Positions 1 through 8,333 of a stretch of DNA of 64,000 bases are shown one piece after another; the first letter of the stretch is position 1; each line of letters opens with the position of its first letter. A model generated the notes under the pieces. The model worked only from the letters and a program-made list of their open reading frames with translations, ran no database searches and was not told the DNA's origin. Source of the stretch: a virus; UHGV virus genome UHGV-0038016; one strand, given 5' to 3'. The position numbers were made by a program, and so were the translations under genes.

Positions 1-144
1 CAAGCAATGGGTGAAATAGCAAGACAAGAAGTTTTATTGGCTAAATCAGAAGCTGCAAATAAACAATTGCTTGAAGCTATTCAACAACTACAATCTCCTG
101 CAACAACTGAAGAAAAAGAGATTGAAGAAAAAGTTGAAGAATAA
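1..144 (+). CDS. 3' end of a CDS starting upstream of the window; hypothetical protein
   Basis: Frame 1 is open from nt 1 to the TAA at 142-144. A hairpin plus T-run terminator follows. Confidence 0.4.
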   Translation, partial: QAMGEIARQEVLLAKSEAANKQLLEAIQQLQSPATTEEKEIEEKVEE

Positions 145-154
145 TTTCTAATTA

Positions 155-184
155 AAAAAGACTGAGTTTTTCTCAGCCTTTTTT
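155..184 (+). terminator. Intrinsic terminator (imperfect 12-bp stem, TTTTT loop, T-run)
   Basis: AAAAAGACTGAG tttttCTCAGCCTTTTTT lies directly after the stop at 142-144. Confidence 0.5.
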
Positions 185-192
185 AATTTAAT

Positions 193-221
193 TTGAAAAA
201 CTTATTTAAAAATGATATAAT
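193..221 (+). promoter_or_regulatory. Sigma-A-like promoter (-35 TTGAAA 193-198; 17-nt spacer; -10 TATAAT 216-221 within ATGATATAAT)
   Basis: The consensus hexamers and spacing are read directly from the sequence. The ATGATATAAT motif recurs at other promoters in this window. Confidence 0.55.
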
Positions 222-269
222 ATATATATAGTTAAGAAATAAAAGAATTTTAAAAGGAGTTTTTATTTT

Positions 270-827
270 ATGGAAAACAAATACGGTGCATTCCAACAAA
301 CTACAGAGGATAGAAAATTTATGTCTATGTACTATAATTCTATTATCGCAAGTAGAAAATTTAAAGAAAATTTGAAAAACGGCATAAAGAAACCAGATCC
401 TAGACATCAAGAGTTTGAATATGAAATTCTGAGAAATTGGGACGATTATTTAATCGAAGCAGGTCGTGCTACTCCAACAAAACAAATGACTGCAGATAAG
501 TGGGGATTAGCGAATATGGCATTTGGCTTTCTCCAAGAGGATGAAGATATTGAATTTAAACTTTTGGATTCTCAAAAACGTATTGCTGGTATTAAAGACG
601 GCGACACATTTTATGAGGTAAAAGTAACTCGACATAAAAGTCCTCAAGTTGAAGAAGGAGAAGTTATTGTAGCTAAAAAACTAAATCCTTTTGTAGAAAA
701 ATTAGCAGAAAAACTTGAAGAACAATATCCTGTTGTTGTAGTTAAAAATAATCAAATTACTGTGGAAGATGATAATAAAGTTCATACTTCGGTAAAAATT
801 ACAAAGAAAAAATCACGGTTATTTTAA
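270..827 (+). CDS. Hypothetical early protein (185 aa)
   Basis: Long ORF with an AGGAG RBS upstream. It is the first gene after the promoter at about 193-221. Confidence 0.6.
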   Translation: MENKYGAFQQTTEDRKFMSMYYNSIIASRKFKENLKNGIKKPDPRHQEFEYEILRNWDDYLIEAGRATPTKQMTADKWGLANMAFGFLQEDEDIEFKLLDSQKRIAGIKDGDTFYEVKVTRHKSPQVEEGEVIVAKKLNPFVEKLAEKLEEQYPVVVVKNNQITVEDDNKVHTSVKITKKKSRLF

Positions 828-894
828 TGTAATTTAACTGTAATAATTTTGTAATAGGGTCTTTTTTATTAAAACAAGAAAAGGGGAATTTCAT

Positions 895-1224
895 ATGGAA
901 TACATCGTTGAAGCAACAAAAACTATTTTTGGTAAAGAGGCGTATAAAGTTGTAAATAAGAAATTGGAATCATTAGATGATTGGGTTTATGAGGCTTTTC
1001 TATTAGACATTCCTTTTTCAGAAGATGGAGATATTGTATTTCCATTTTTCGATTTCGTAAAAGACAACTTTAATTCAGCACAATTTGAACGAGAAGCTTT
1101 AGTAGATTCTCAACGAAATTGTTTTACTGGCTTAAGTGTTGCCAAAATTAAGTTTTTAGAATTTAATGAAGCAAATGGATATGCTTCATTGCTTAACGAA
1201 AAACTAAAAGAAAAAGGAGAATAA
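895..1224 (+). CDS. Hypothetical acidic protein (109 aa)
   Basis: ORF with an AAGGGGAA RBS-like sequence upstream. It is co-oriented and tightly packed with its neighbours. Confidence 0.5.
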   Translation: MEYIVEATKTIFGKEAYKVVNKKLESLDDWVYEAFLLDIPFSEDGDIVFPFFDFVKDNFNSAQFEREALVDSQRNCFTGLSVAKIKFLEFNEANGYASLLNEKLKEKGE

Positions 1225-1228
1225 CAAT

Positions 1229-1813
1229 TTGAAGAAAATTATTATCGCAGGACTATTAGCAGGAGCTTTGTTTATTGGTGGAACAGGTGTTCACGCAGCA
1301 GAAATTCAAAAAGATGGACAAACTTATTACGAAGTAGAAGCAGGAGATACTTTATCTGCTATCGGTAATAAATATGGATTAGATCATAGTTTGATCCATC
1401 AATCTAACCTTGATACAGTTAGTGATGCTAATATGATTTTTGTTGGAGATTTATTATTGATTCCAACCAATGGAGAGGTTCAGGCTCCAGCAACAGCGGC
1501 GGTAGTTGAAGCTCCAGTTGTGCAAGAAAATGTTGTGGAACAAGCTCCAGTAGTAGAACAATCACCAGTTGTTGAACAGGCTCCTTCAGTAGGGACAAGT
1601 TCAGCAAAAGAATGGATTGCTCAACGTGAATCAGGTGGTTCATACTCAGCAACAAATGGTCGTTACATCGGACGTTATCAACTAGATTCAGCTTATCTAA
1701 ATGGAGATCATTCTCCAGCAAACCAGGAACGTGTTGCAGAAAATTATGTAGCTCAACGTTATGGTTCATGGGAAGCGGCACAAGCTTTTTGGATGGCTAA
1801 TGGCTGGTACTAA
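1229..1813 (+). CDS. Secreted LysM-domain protein with an Apf-like/lysozyme-like C-terminal domain (TTG start)
   Basis: The N-terminus MKKIIIAGLLAGALFIGGTGVHAAE is a Sec signal peptide. A LysM motif follows (YEVEAGDTLSAIGNKYG...LLLIP), then an Ala/Pro/Val/Gln-rich linker. The C-terminus EWIAQRESGGSY...GRYQLDSAYLNGD...YGSWEAAQAFWMANGWY resembles the C-terminal domain of aggregation-promoting-factor / transglycosylase-like secreted proteins of Lactobacillales. Confidence 0.6.
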   Translation: MKKIIIAGLLAGALFIGGTGVHAAEIQKDGQTYYEVEAGDTLSAIGNKYGLDHSLIHQSNLDTVSDANMIFVGDLLLIPTNGEVQAPATAAVVEAPVVQENVVEQAPVVEQSPVVEQAPSVGTSSAKEWIAQRESGGSYSATNGRYIGRYQLDSAYLNGDHSPANQERVAENYVAQRYGSWEAAQAFWMANGWY

Positions 1814-1824
1814 AAATAAATAAT

Positions 1825-1853
1825 TTGACAAAAAATCCTTACTATGTTATAAT
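1825..1853 (+). promoter_or_regulatory. Sigma-A-like promoter (-35 TTGACA 1825-1830; 17 nt; extended -10 TGtTATAAT 1845-1853)
   Basis: Hexamers read directly from the sequence. The -10 sits in the loop of a perfect 15-bp palindrome (see the repeat feature at 1831-1871). Confidence 0.6.
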
Positions 1854-1871
1854 TTATATAGTAAGGATTTT
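1831..1871. repeat. Perfect 15-bp inverted repeat (AAAAATCCTTACTAT / ATAGTAAGGATTTTT) bracketing the -10 element; candidate operator
   Basis: Arm 1 (1831-1845) is the exact reverse complement of arm 2 (1857-1871). The 11-nt loop contains TATAAT. Confidence 0.7.
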
Positions 1872-1904
1872 TATTTTATAATGATTTTAAAAGGAGAAAA
1901 AAAT

Positions 1905-2387
1905 ATGAGACCATTAGAAGAGGTAAGTGCAATTGTAAAAGAAATTAGCCGCTCTAAAGTTTTAAGGGTAGAGGGCAAAATATATTCTCCAAAAGGAAGA
2001 ATAGAAGTAAGTCCTATAATAACTAAAGATTCTTTAAATTTAATGTTTTATGATTGTCATTCTTATGAGAAAGACTTTATTTCATCTATGAGTTTATATT
2101 TTGATAAGGAAACAACAGGAACAAATATGAGAACTATAGTTTTTTATATCATAGATGCTTTAGGATATAGCGAAGATGAAATATACATTAAACATGATAA
2201 AGACGGAAAATCTAGTGGTTTTATTTTATATTCTACCACAGGAAAATATACAGCTATGATTGTAGATATAGACAAAAAAGAGGTTTCTGTAATAGGACGA
2301 GAAGGAAAAGCTGAATCAGTATTTATTGATTGTAATAATGGACTGGTAGATGTCTTACTTGCCTTGATTAAATATGCTTCTATATAA
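1905..2387 (+). CDS. Hypothetical protein (160 aa)
   Basis: ORF; the start was moved to the ATG at 1905, which has an AAAGGAG RBS 8 nt upstream. The track's longer start at 1881 lacks an RBS. Confidence 0.55.
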   Translation: MRPLEEVSAIVKEISRSKVLRVEGKIYSPKGRIEVSPIITKDSLNLMFYDCHSYEKDFISSMSLYFDKETTGTNMRTIVFYIIDALGYSEDEIYIKHDKDGKSSGFILYSTTGKYTAMIVDIDKKEVSVIGREGKAESVFIDCNNGLVDVLLALIKYASI

Positions 2388-2461
2388 GGTGGTTTATTTC
2401 GTATAAATATCTATATATTGGGTTTTATAAAGATTACAGAATTAAAAAAGGAGAGATTTAT

Positions 2462-4891
2462 TTGACAGTAGTAGTAAAAGATAACGGATTAAGAAAATTG
2501 GAATTTGATCCACAACGGTTAATTAATAAATTAGATAGCTTTAAGGAAGGACTGGATGTTCATCCAGATACGTTTGAAGCATATAAGAAGGGCGTTATTA
2601 AACAAATTCAGGGTAGACAAGAGATTGATTTCCGAGATATCAATGATGTTATTATTCAAAATGCAATTGATAGAATCATGGACTTTAAAGATGGGGAAAT
2701 GATGGATTTTGATAAATTAGGTAATACACAATTTGAATTTGTCGCAGCTAGAGCGTTATTAAATTCGTTGTATAAACGAGCTTCAAAAAATCGAAGCTAT
2801 GATGTTGATTCAAAATATGGCGATTATTTTGGTCTCCTTTCTTCTCTTGGTGAACAAGGTCTTATTGAACCAGAAATTTTTGTAAAATATACTAAAGAAG
2901 AAATTCAAGAATTAGGTAAATATATTAAGCCAGAACGAGATTTACTTTTGACTTATGCTGGTTTATATAATATGTCTGAAAGATATCTCATTCGAGCTAA
3001 AGACAAAGGACGTTCAGTATTTGAATTACCACAAGAACGTTATATGACAATTGCGATTTCTTTATTAAGAGAAGAAACACAAGATAGACTGCAACATGTA
3101 AAAGAATTATATGATGTACTATCTAAACAAGAAGTTACTATGGCTACCCCAACATTTGCAAATGCTGGACGACCAGATGCACAATTTTCTAGTTGCTTTA
3201 TTTTAACAACAGATGATAGCTTACAAGGGATCTATGATGACAATACAGATGCTGCTCGCCTAAGCAAGGCTGGTGGAGGAATTGGTATTTATGTAGGTAA
3301 AATTCGTGCTGCTGGTTCAGATATTAGAGGAAATGTCGGTGCTGCAGGAGGTATTATTGGTTGGCTTAAACAATTAAATAATACTGCTGTTTCAGTAGAC
3401 CAATTAGGAGTTCGTAGTGGTGCTATTGCGGCGTACTTGGACGTTTGGCATTATGATATAGAAGATTTCTTAGAGTTACGTTTAAACACAGGAGATCTAT
3501 CTAAACGAGCACATGAACTATTTTTAGGTGCTTCTATTCCTGATTTATTTATGCAACAAGTAGAAAAACGAGGAGACTGGTATTTATTTGACCCTCACGA
3601 AGTGAAAAAAGTATTAGGTTTTTCTCTGGAAGATTTCTACGATAAAGAAAAATGGGATGGGAAATCGCCACTAGATCCTGATCGTCACGCTTTCTCTTAT
3701 CACTATTTCAAGGCTGTAGATAACAACGATTTACATTTAAAGAAACGTTTGCCAGCTATTGAAATTATGAAAAAAATTATGCGTTCTCAATTAGAAACTG
3801 GTTTGCCTTATATGTTTTATCGAGATACTGCAAATAGAGATAATCCTAATAATCATGCAGGAATGGTATACTGCTCTAATTTGTGTTCTGAGATTGTACA
3901 AAATCAATCTCCTACAATTATGACTAAAGAAACTATTAATGAACTAGGAGAAATTATTGTTCATAAACAAAGTGGAGATTTTGTAACATGTAATTTATCT
4001 TCTATTGTTCTTAATAATGTCTTGAAAGATTTTACTCTTTCTGTCGAAGGACCCAAAACCAGCGATGATGTTAAAGCATTTGAAAAATTAAGACAGGTTT
4101 TACGTACTCAAGTTCGTGCTACTGATGCAGTTATTACTGTTAATAATTTACCTGTCTTACAAGCTCAATATACAAATAATCGTTATCGTGCTATTGGGAT
4201 TGGTGAACAAGGTATTGCAGCAGTTTTGGCTAAACAAGGAATTCATTTTGATTCAGTTGAAGCAACTAAATTAATTGCTCGGCTAGAAGAAAGAATCATG
4301 CTAAATATTATTGAGGCGTCAGCAGATTTAGCTCAAGAAAAGGGAAGTTATCCTTTGTTTGAGGGAAGTCAATGGAATACAGGAGAATGGTTGAATCGTC
4401 GAGGAGTTTGTCAAGATCGTATTGAGGATGCTTATCGAGCAGAGGTCTATTACAAAGCTAAAAAAGGTATGCGAAATGGGTATTTAAGAGCAGTTGCTCC
4501 AACAGGTTCTACTTCCTTGTTAGCTGGTTCTACTGCAGCGGCAGACACAGTTTACGACACTATCTTTTTTGATGGTAAGAAAGATTCTCGGACACCTGTT
4601 ATTGCTCCAGAATTAAGTTTAGAAACATGGTTCTATTATAAACCAACTATGTTAATGGAGTTTGAAGGAGAGAGAGATTTGGGTCATATGTGGGCTATTC
4701 TCCACAACGCAGAACGTCAAAAATGGGTAGATCAATCTACTTCATTTAATTTATATATCTTAGATGATATTAAGGTTAAAAACTTACTTCGTCTTCATAT
4801 GGAAGTTTGGTCTAGAGGAATTAAATCTTCTTACTATACTCGTTCTCATGACGCTTCTCGTGTAGATGATTGTGTTGCTTGCTCAGCTTAA
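2462..4891 (+). CDS. nrdE: Ribonucleoside-diphosphate reductase large subunit (class Ib NrdE-like; TTG start)
   Basis: The N-terminal ATP-cone is absent. Catalytic-site motifs NLCSEI and PTGSTS are present, with a C-terminal CxxC redox pair (CVACSA). The gene is about 809 aa and is followed by nrdF, nrdI and nrdH-like genes. Confidence 0.85.
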   Translation: MTVVVKDNGLRKLEFDPQRLINKLDSFKEGLDVHPDTFEAYKKGVIKQIQGRQEIDFRDINDVIIQNAIDRIMDFKDGEMMDFDKLGNTQFEFVAARALLNSLYKRASKNRSYDVDSKYGDYFGLLSSLGEQGLIEPEIFVKYTKEEIQELGKYIKPERDLLLTYAGLYNMSERYLIRAKDKGRSVFELPQERYMTIAISLLREETQDRLQHVKELYDVLSKQEVTMATPTFANAGRPDAQFSSCFILTTDDSLQGIYDDNTDAARLSKAGGGIGIYVGKIRAAGSDIRGNVGAAGGIIGWLKQLNNTAVSVDQLGVRSGAIAAYLDVWHYDIEDFLELRLNTGDLSKRAHELFLGASIPDLFMQQVEKRGDWYLFDPHEVKKVLGFSLEDFYDKEKWDGKSPLDPDRHAFSYHYFKAVDNNDLHLKKRLPAIEIMKKIMRSQLETGLPYMFYRDTANRDNPNNHAGMVYCSNLCSEIVQNQSPTIMTKETINELGEIIVHKQSGDFVTCNLSSIVLNNVLKDFTLSVEGPKTSDDVKAFEKLRQVLRTQVRATDAVITVNNLPVLQAQYTNNRYRAIGIGEQGIAAVLAKQGIHFDSVEATKLIARLEERIMLNIIEASADLAQEKGSYPLFEGSQWNTGEWLNRRGVCQDRIEDAYRAEVYYKAKKGMRNGYLRAVAPTGSTSLLAGSTAAADTVYDTIFFDGKKDSRTPVIAPELSLETWFYYKPTMLMEFEGERDLGHMWAILHNAERQKWVDQSTSFNLYILDDIKVKNLLRLHMEVWSRGIKSSYYTRSHDASRVDDCVACSA

Positions 4892-4902
4892 TATAAAATT
4901 AA

Positions 4903-4934
4903 AATAAGGAATTTCTTATTTGAAATTCCTTATT
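4903..4934 (+). terminator. Intrinsic terminator hairpin (13-bp stem AATAAGGAATTTC/GAAATTCCTTATT) after nrdE
   Basis: Perfect inverted repeat followed by T-rich sequence. Its 3' arm carries the -35 of the next promoter. Confidence 0.6.
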
Positions 4935-4948
4935 TATTATGATATAAT
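4920..4948 (+). promoter_or_regulatory. Promoter (-35 TTGAAA 4920-4925; 17 nt; TGaTATAAT 4940-4948)
   Basis: The -35 lies inside the terminator's 3' arm. The same ATGATATAAT motif is seen at other promoters. Confidence 0.55.
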
Positions 4949-4981
4949 AAATATATAAGGTTAAAGAAAAGAGGAAATAAA

Positions 4982-5242
4982 ATGAAACATGAATTATTTG
5001 TAGAGGCAGCTAAAAAATTGGTCTTAGATTATTCTAATGAAAATTTAGAAGGAGACTATACCTTAGAAGATGTGTATATTGTCTGGAGTACAAAGGTATT
5101 ACAAAATAGTAAATTACTTTTGTCTACAGCAATTTCTGATGGTATGTATTATGAAGTAACCTTAAATGGAGATAAAAAAGAAATTTATTTAGATGCTTAT
5201 AAGAAGCAAAAGAACATTCATTTTAATGTAAAGGATTTGTAA
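4982..5242 (+). CDS. Hypothetical protein (86 aa)
   Basis: ORF with a GAGGAAATAAAATG RBS. It is inserted between nrdE and nrdF. Confidence 0.45.
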   Translation: MKHELFVEAAKKLVLDYSNENLEGDYTLEDVYIVWSTKVLQNSKLLLSTAISDGMYYEVTLNGDKKEIYLDAYKKQKNIHFNVKDL

Positions 5243-5245
5243 AAA

Positions 5246-5449
5246 ATGAAAGCAAAATTTACAGAAAATGGTAAGGTCTTATATCAAAATTTATATGACC
5301 TTACTGAGGAAGCTGAAAGTAAAGGGTACAAAACTGAAGATGAAGTTATTAGCTATCTTCATGATTGTTTTATTGCTGACGAAAATCGAACGACAAATGA
5401 TTTTTCTGAATGGTTAGATTCAATTGATGAATGGACAAATCATTCATAG
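5246..5449 (+). CDS. Hypothetical acidic protein (67 aa)
   Basis: ORF beginning 4 nt after the preceding stop. Confidence 0.4.
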   Translation: MKAKFTENGKVLYQNLYDLTEEAESKGYKTEDEVISYLHDCFIADENRTTNDFSEWLDSIDEWTNHS

Positions 5450-5471
5450 TAACATAAAGGAGAAGATTTTA

Positions 5472-6515
5472 ATGTTAGAAAAACATATTAGACTATTTAA
5501 TAAAGATGCAGAAAATACAAATGAATCAATTTTTGGAGAACACTCTGGATTATTATATTGGGACGAACAAAATCCCGTATGGTATGATGTATATTCAGAA
5601 CTAAAACAAAATTTTTGGATCCCTCAAGAAGTAGGGTTAAATACTGATAGTAGAGATTGGCGAGATAATATGAGCGACATTGAAAAAACTTTCTATAAAC
5701 GAGCTATTTCTCAATTAGTATTATTAGATTCTATTTCTACTGTTATTGACGGTCAATTGGCAGCGTATATTAAAAATCCTGCTATCAAAGCTATTATGGC
5801 TTATATCGCTTCTCAAGAATCAATTCATAATGAAAGTTATACTTATATTGCTACTACTTTTATGACGAAAGAAGAAGCGAAGGAAGTATTTGAAATCCCT
5901 AAAACAGATAAATATATTCTTGGCTCAAGTGAAATGATTTTGGATACATTTGAGACATTTTTGGAAACTCCAACAAAACTAAATATGGCTAAAGCCTTAG
6001 CAGCTATGGCAGCACTTGAAGGTATTAGATTTACAAACGGATTTACTCCATTTTATTTATTAAACCGAAACAAAAAAATGTTGGGAACAGGACAAATTAT
6101 TCAGTTAATTCAACGTGACGAAGTACAACATAGTTATTTCCAAACGTTAGTTGTACGACAAATTATGTCTGAATTACATCTTTCATCCCAAGAGAGTGAA
6201 GATTTTAGTAATTGGGTTTATGCGTTCTTTGATAAGGTAGTTAAATCTGAACAGGAATTAGCTCGAGATTTATATAAAGATTATGCTGTTTTAGATATGG
6301 AAGAATTAGAACATTATATTGAGTGGCGTGCTAATATTCTGTTGCAAAACTTAGGATTAACCAAAGTTTATACTGAAGCTTTAACTAATCCAATGATTTG
6401 GATTAAGACTTATGATTCAGATAATATCAATAATACAAAAACAGATTTCTTTGAAAATCGTGTAGTAAATTATTCTAAAGCAACAGACGACAAAAATAAT
6501 TGGGATGATTTATAA
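5472..6515 (+). CDS. nrdF: Ribonucleoside-diphosphate reductase small subunit (NrdF-like, di-metal/tyrosyl radical R2)
   Basis: Start chosen at MLEKH (AAAGGAG RBS 9 nt upstream). E..H metal-ligand motifs are present (ESIHNESY, QRDEVQHS), as is the conserved ALEGIRF segment. Confidence 0.8.
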   Translation: MLEKHIRLFNKDAENTNESIFGEHSGLLYWDEQNPVWYDVYSELKQNFWIPQEVGLNTDSRDWRDNMSDIEKTFYKRAISQLVLLDSISTVIDGQLAAYIKNPAIKAIMAYIASQESIHNESYTYIATTFMTKEEAKEVFEIPKTDKYILGSSEMILDTFETFLETPTKLNMAKALAAMAALEGIRFTNGFTPFYLLNRNKKMLGTGQIIQLIQRDEVQHSYFQTLVVRQIMSELHLSSQESEDFSNWVYAFFDKVVKSEQELARDLYKDYAVLDMEELEHYIEWRANILLQNLGLTKVYTEALTNPMIWIKTYDSDNINNTKTDFFENRVVNYSKATDDKNNWDDL

Positions 6516-7015
6516 TGGATAATAACGAAAAAACATTTTGCACGGGTGGAGTAAAATTAGCTCCTCCCAAAGCAATTCCCTCTCATGTAGAATCTCTCTC
6601 TCTTGGATCTAAAGTGCTTGTAGTTTATGAGAGTCTATCTGGGAATACAAAAACTTTTGTTGATTTTATAGTAAAGGCTTATCCAAATGTTAATTTTATT
6701 ATAAAAAATACAAAAGATAACTTGACAAATTTAGAAGAATATGATAAAATAATTATAGGAACTTACACATGGAGTAACGGAAAGATTCCTAAAAATATTA
6801 AATCTTTTGTAATTTCTAATAGAGATGTATTAATAAACAAACCAGTTTTATTATTTGGTAGTGGAATTACAATTTATACTCATTTCTGTGGAGCATTAGA
6901 TAATATTCAAATTATTTTAGAGAAAGATATTCCTAAGATTAAGTTTGAATTAACTTTTATTCCAGAAGAGCATAAAGAAGATTTAGAAATGTTTAATAAT
7001 TTTATTAAGGAGTAG
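6515..7015 (+). CDS. nrdI: Flavodoxin-like protein, probable NrdI
   Basis: Contains the flavodoxin FMN-binding signature YESLSGNT and a LFGSG motif. The TAATG overlap with nrdF suggests translational coupling. Confidence 0.55.
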   Translation: MDNNEKTFCTGGVKLAPPKAIPSHVESLSLGSKVLVVYESLSGNTKTFVDFIVKAYPNVNFIIKNTKDNLTNLEEYDKIIIGTYTWSNGKIPKNIKSFVISNRDVLINKPVLLFGSGITIYTHFCGALDNIQIILEKDIPKIKFELTFIPEEHKEDLEMFNNFIKE

Positions 7016-7024
7016 TGAGATAAT

Positions 7025-7285
7025 TTGATTTATAAACTATCAAAAGATAATTGTCCATATTGTAATCAATTGGAAGGTTATTTAAAAACTAAAAATATGC
7101 AAAAATATAATAAGCATATCGTAAGTGTTCATAAAGAAAAAGATCCAGAAAAATATAATGAATTAGTAGAAAAAGGTAATGTATTATCATTACCAGTATT
7201 AATGAGAGAAGATGGAACAGTTTTAACAACTGGTTTTAATATTCAACAAATTAATTTAATGTTAAAACGAGAATTTGGTGAGTAA
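7025..7285 (+). CDS. nrdH: Glutaredoxin-like protein NrdH (CPYC active site; TTG start)
   Basis: N-terminal CPYC motif in a thioredoxin-fold-sized protein of about 86 aa within the nrd cluster. An AAGGAG RBS lies 11 nt upstream of the TTG. Confidence 0.6.
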   Translation: MIYKLSKDNCPYCNQLEGYLKTKNMQKYNKHIVSVHKEKDPEKYNELVEKGNVLSLPVLMREDGTVLTTGFNIQQINLMLKREFGE

Positions 7286-7475
7286 TATGATTAGATATTA
7301 TTCTAGAAAATATTTTTGTCCAGTATGTAAGCAGGAAAAGGATAAATTAATTCGTTTATACTCTGAAAAAAATGAACATGGAGAAAAAACTTTAAATTGT
7401 AAATATCATGGTTTTCAACAATATTGTAATTGTAGTCCTAGTGAATTGGAATTAGTTATTGAGGACGATGAATAA
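7275..7475 (+). CDS. Small zinc-ribbon protein (CPVC...CKYHG...CNC)
   Basis: 66-aa ORF with CxxC ... CxxH ... CxC cysteine/histidine spacing. Confidence 0.45.
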   Translation: MVSNMIRYYSRKYFCPVCKQEKDKLIRLYSEKNEHGEKTLNCKYHGFQQYCNCSPSELELVIEDDE

Positions 7476-7530
7476 TAATGGATGATTTCTCCTTTTTAAA
7501 TTATAAAGATAAGAAAAGGAGGAATCTTTT

Positions 7531-7782
7531 ATGATGAAAGTAAATTTAAATCTTGACAATTTTTGTCCAATTTGTTATGATGAAGAAAGAGTTATGAGAA
7601 ATGTATATCGTAAATTAGACGATAAATCAGGAGATCTGTATTGTCCAAAACATGGTTTAATAATGAATGAAGATATTGATTTAACTAGGTATGTTGAACG
7701 AACAATTGATGATGGAACTTCAGAGGATACAAACGCAGTGGTTGGAAAAGCTATTGTAGGTAAAGCCGTTATTCCTAATTAA
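7531..7782 (+). CDS. Small zinc-ribbon protein, paralog-like of 7275..7475 (CPICYDEE...CPKHG)
   Basis: 83-aa ORF with an AAAAGGAGG RBS. The CxxC...CPKHG spacing matches the preceding gene's CxxC...CKYHG. Confidence 0.45.
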   Translation: MMKVNLNLDNFCPICYDEERVMRNVYRKLDDKSGDLYCPKHGLIMNEDIDLTRYVERTIDDGTSEDTNAVVGKAIVGKAVIPN

Positions 7783-7786
7783 AAAT

Positions 7787-7815
7787 TTGATTTTTTATGT
7801 TCAACATGATATAAT
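7787..7815 (+). promoter_or_regulatory. Promoter (-35 TTGATT 7787-7792; 17 nt; -10 TATAAT 7810-7815 within CATGATATAAT)
   Basis: Hexamers read directly. The downstream leader TATAATTAATTATAAAGTTAAA is shared with the promoter at 21728. Confidence 0.55.
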
Positions 7816-7868
7816 TAATTATAAAGTTAAATAAGAAATATTAAAAAGTATTTATGGAGGATTTTATT

Positions 7869-8255
7869 ATGACAAAAAATGAAAAGCAAGAAAAGAAAAT
7901 TTTTAAAAGTTTTTCTCGAAACTTAAATGCGTTCCTTAAAAAGGAAGGAATTTTCCCAATCAAGAAAGGTGTTCATACCACAGGAGTTCAAATTAGTCCA
8001 GATGGTGGAATGACTTGGGAAGACTATACAAGTATTGTGCAAGCCTTAGATAAATATTATAAAGTATTTAGTCGTGAAGATTTAGAAGGTTTAGTCAAAG
8101 AATCTTTTAAACATAGTTCACCAGTTTTTGGAGCAGAATATAAAGGAAATGATATTATGGTTTGTAAACGAGTTAGGTATTATCAAGAATATGAAATTAA
8201 TGATCGTTTACAAGTAGCTTTAAAACGATGGAAAGAGTCTGGTCCAAAAAAATAA
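7869..8255 (+). CDS. Hypothetical basic protein (128 aa), single-gene transcription unit
   Basis: Start moved to the ATG at 7869, immediately after a GGAGG RBS. The track start at 7854 overlaps that RBS. The gene is flanked by promoters on both sides. Confidence 0.5.
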   Translation: MTKNEKQEKKIFKSFSRNLNAFLKKEGIFPIKKGVHTTGVQISPDGGMTWEDYTSIVQALDKYYKVFSREDLEGLVKESFKHSSPVFGAEYKGNDIMVCKRVRYYQEYEINDRLQVALKRWKESGPKK

Positions 8256-8258
8256 AAT

Positions 8259-8287
8259 TTGACTTTTTTAGTTAAATAGGTTATAAT
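8259..8287 (+). promoter_or_regulatory. Promoter (-35 TTGACT 8259-8264; 17 nt; -10 TATAAT 8282-8287)
   Basis: Consensus hexamers with 17-nt spacing. Confidence 0.55.
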
Positions 8288-8333
8288 ATTAATATAATAT
8301 AAAAGATAAACAAATATTGGAGGAAATTAAATT

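Noticed and set aside
1428-1781. Minus-strand ORF (117 aa) in the track, overlapping the LysM gene
   Set aside because: It is antisense to a well-supported gene, leucine-rich as expected from the reverse frame of a Gln/Ala/Val-rich coding region, and has no RBS. Spurious.
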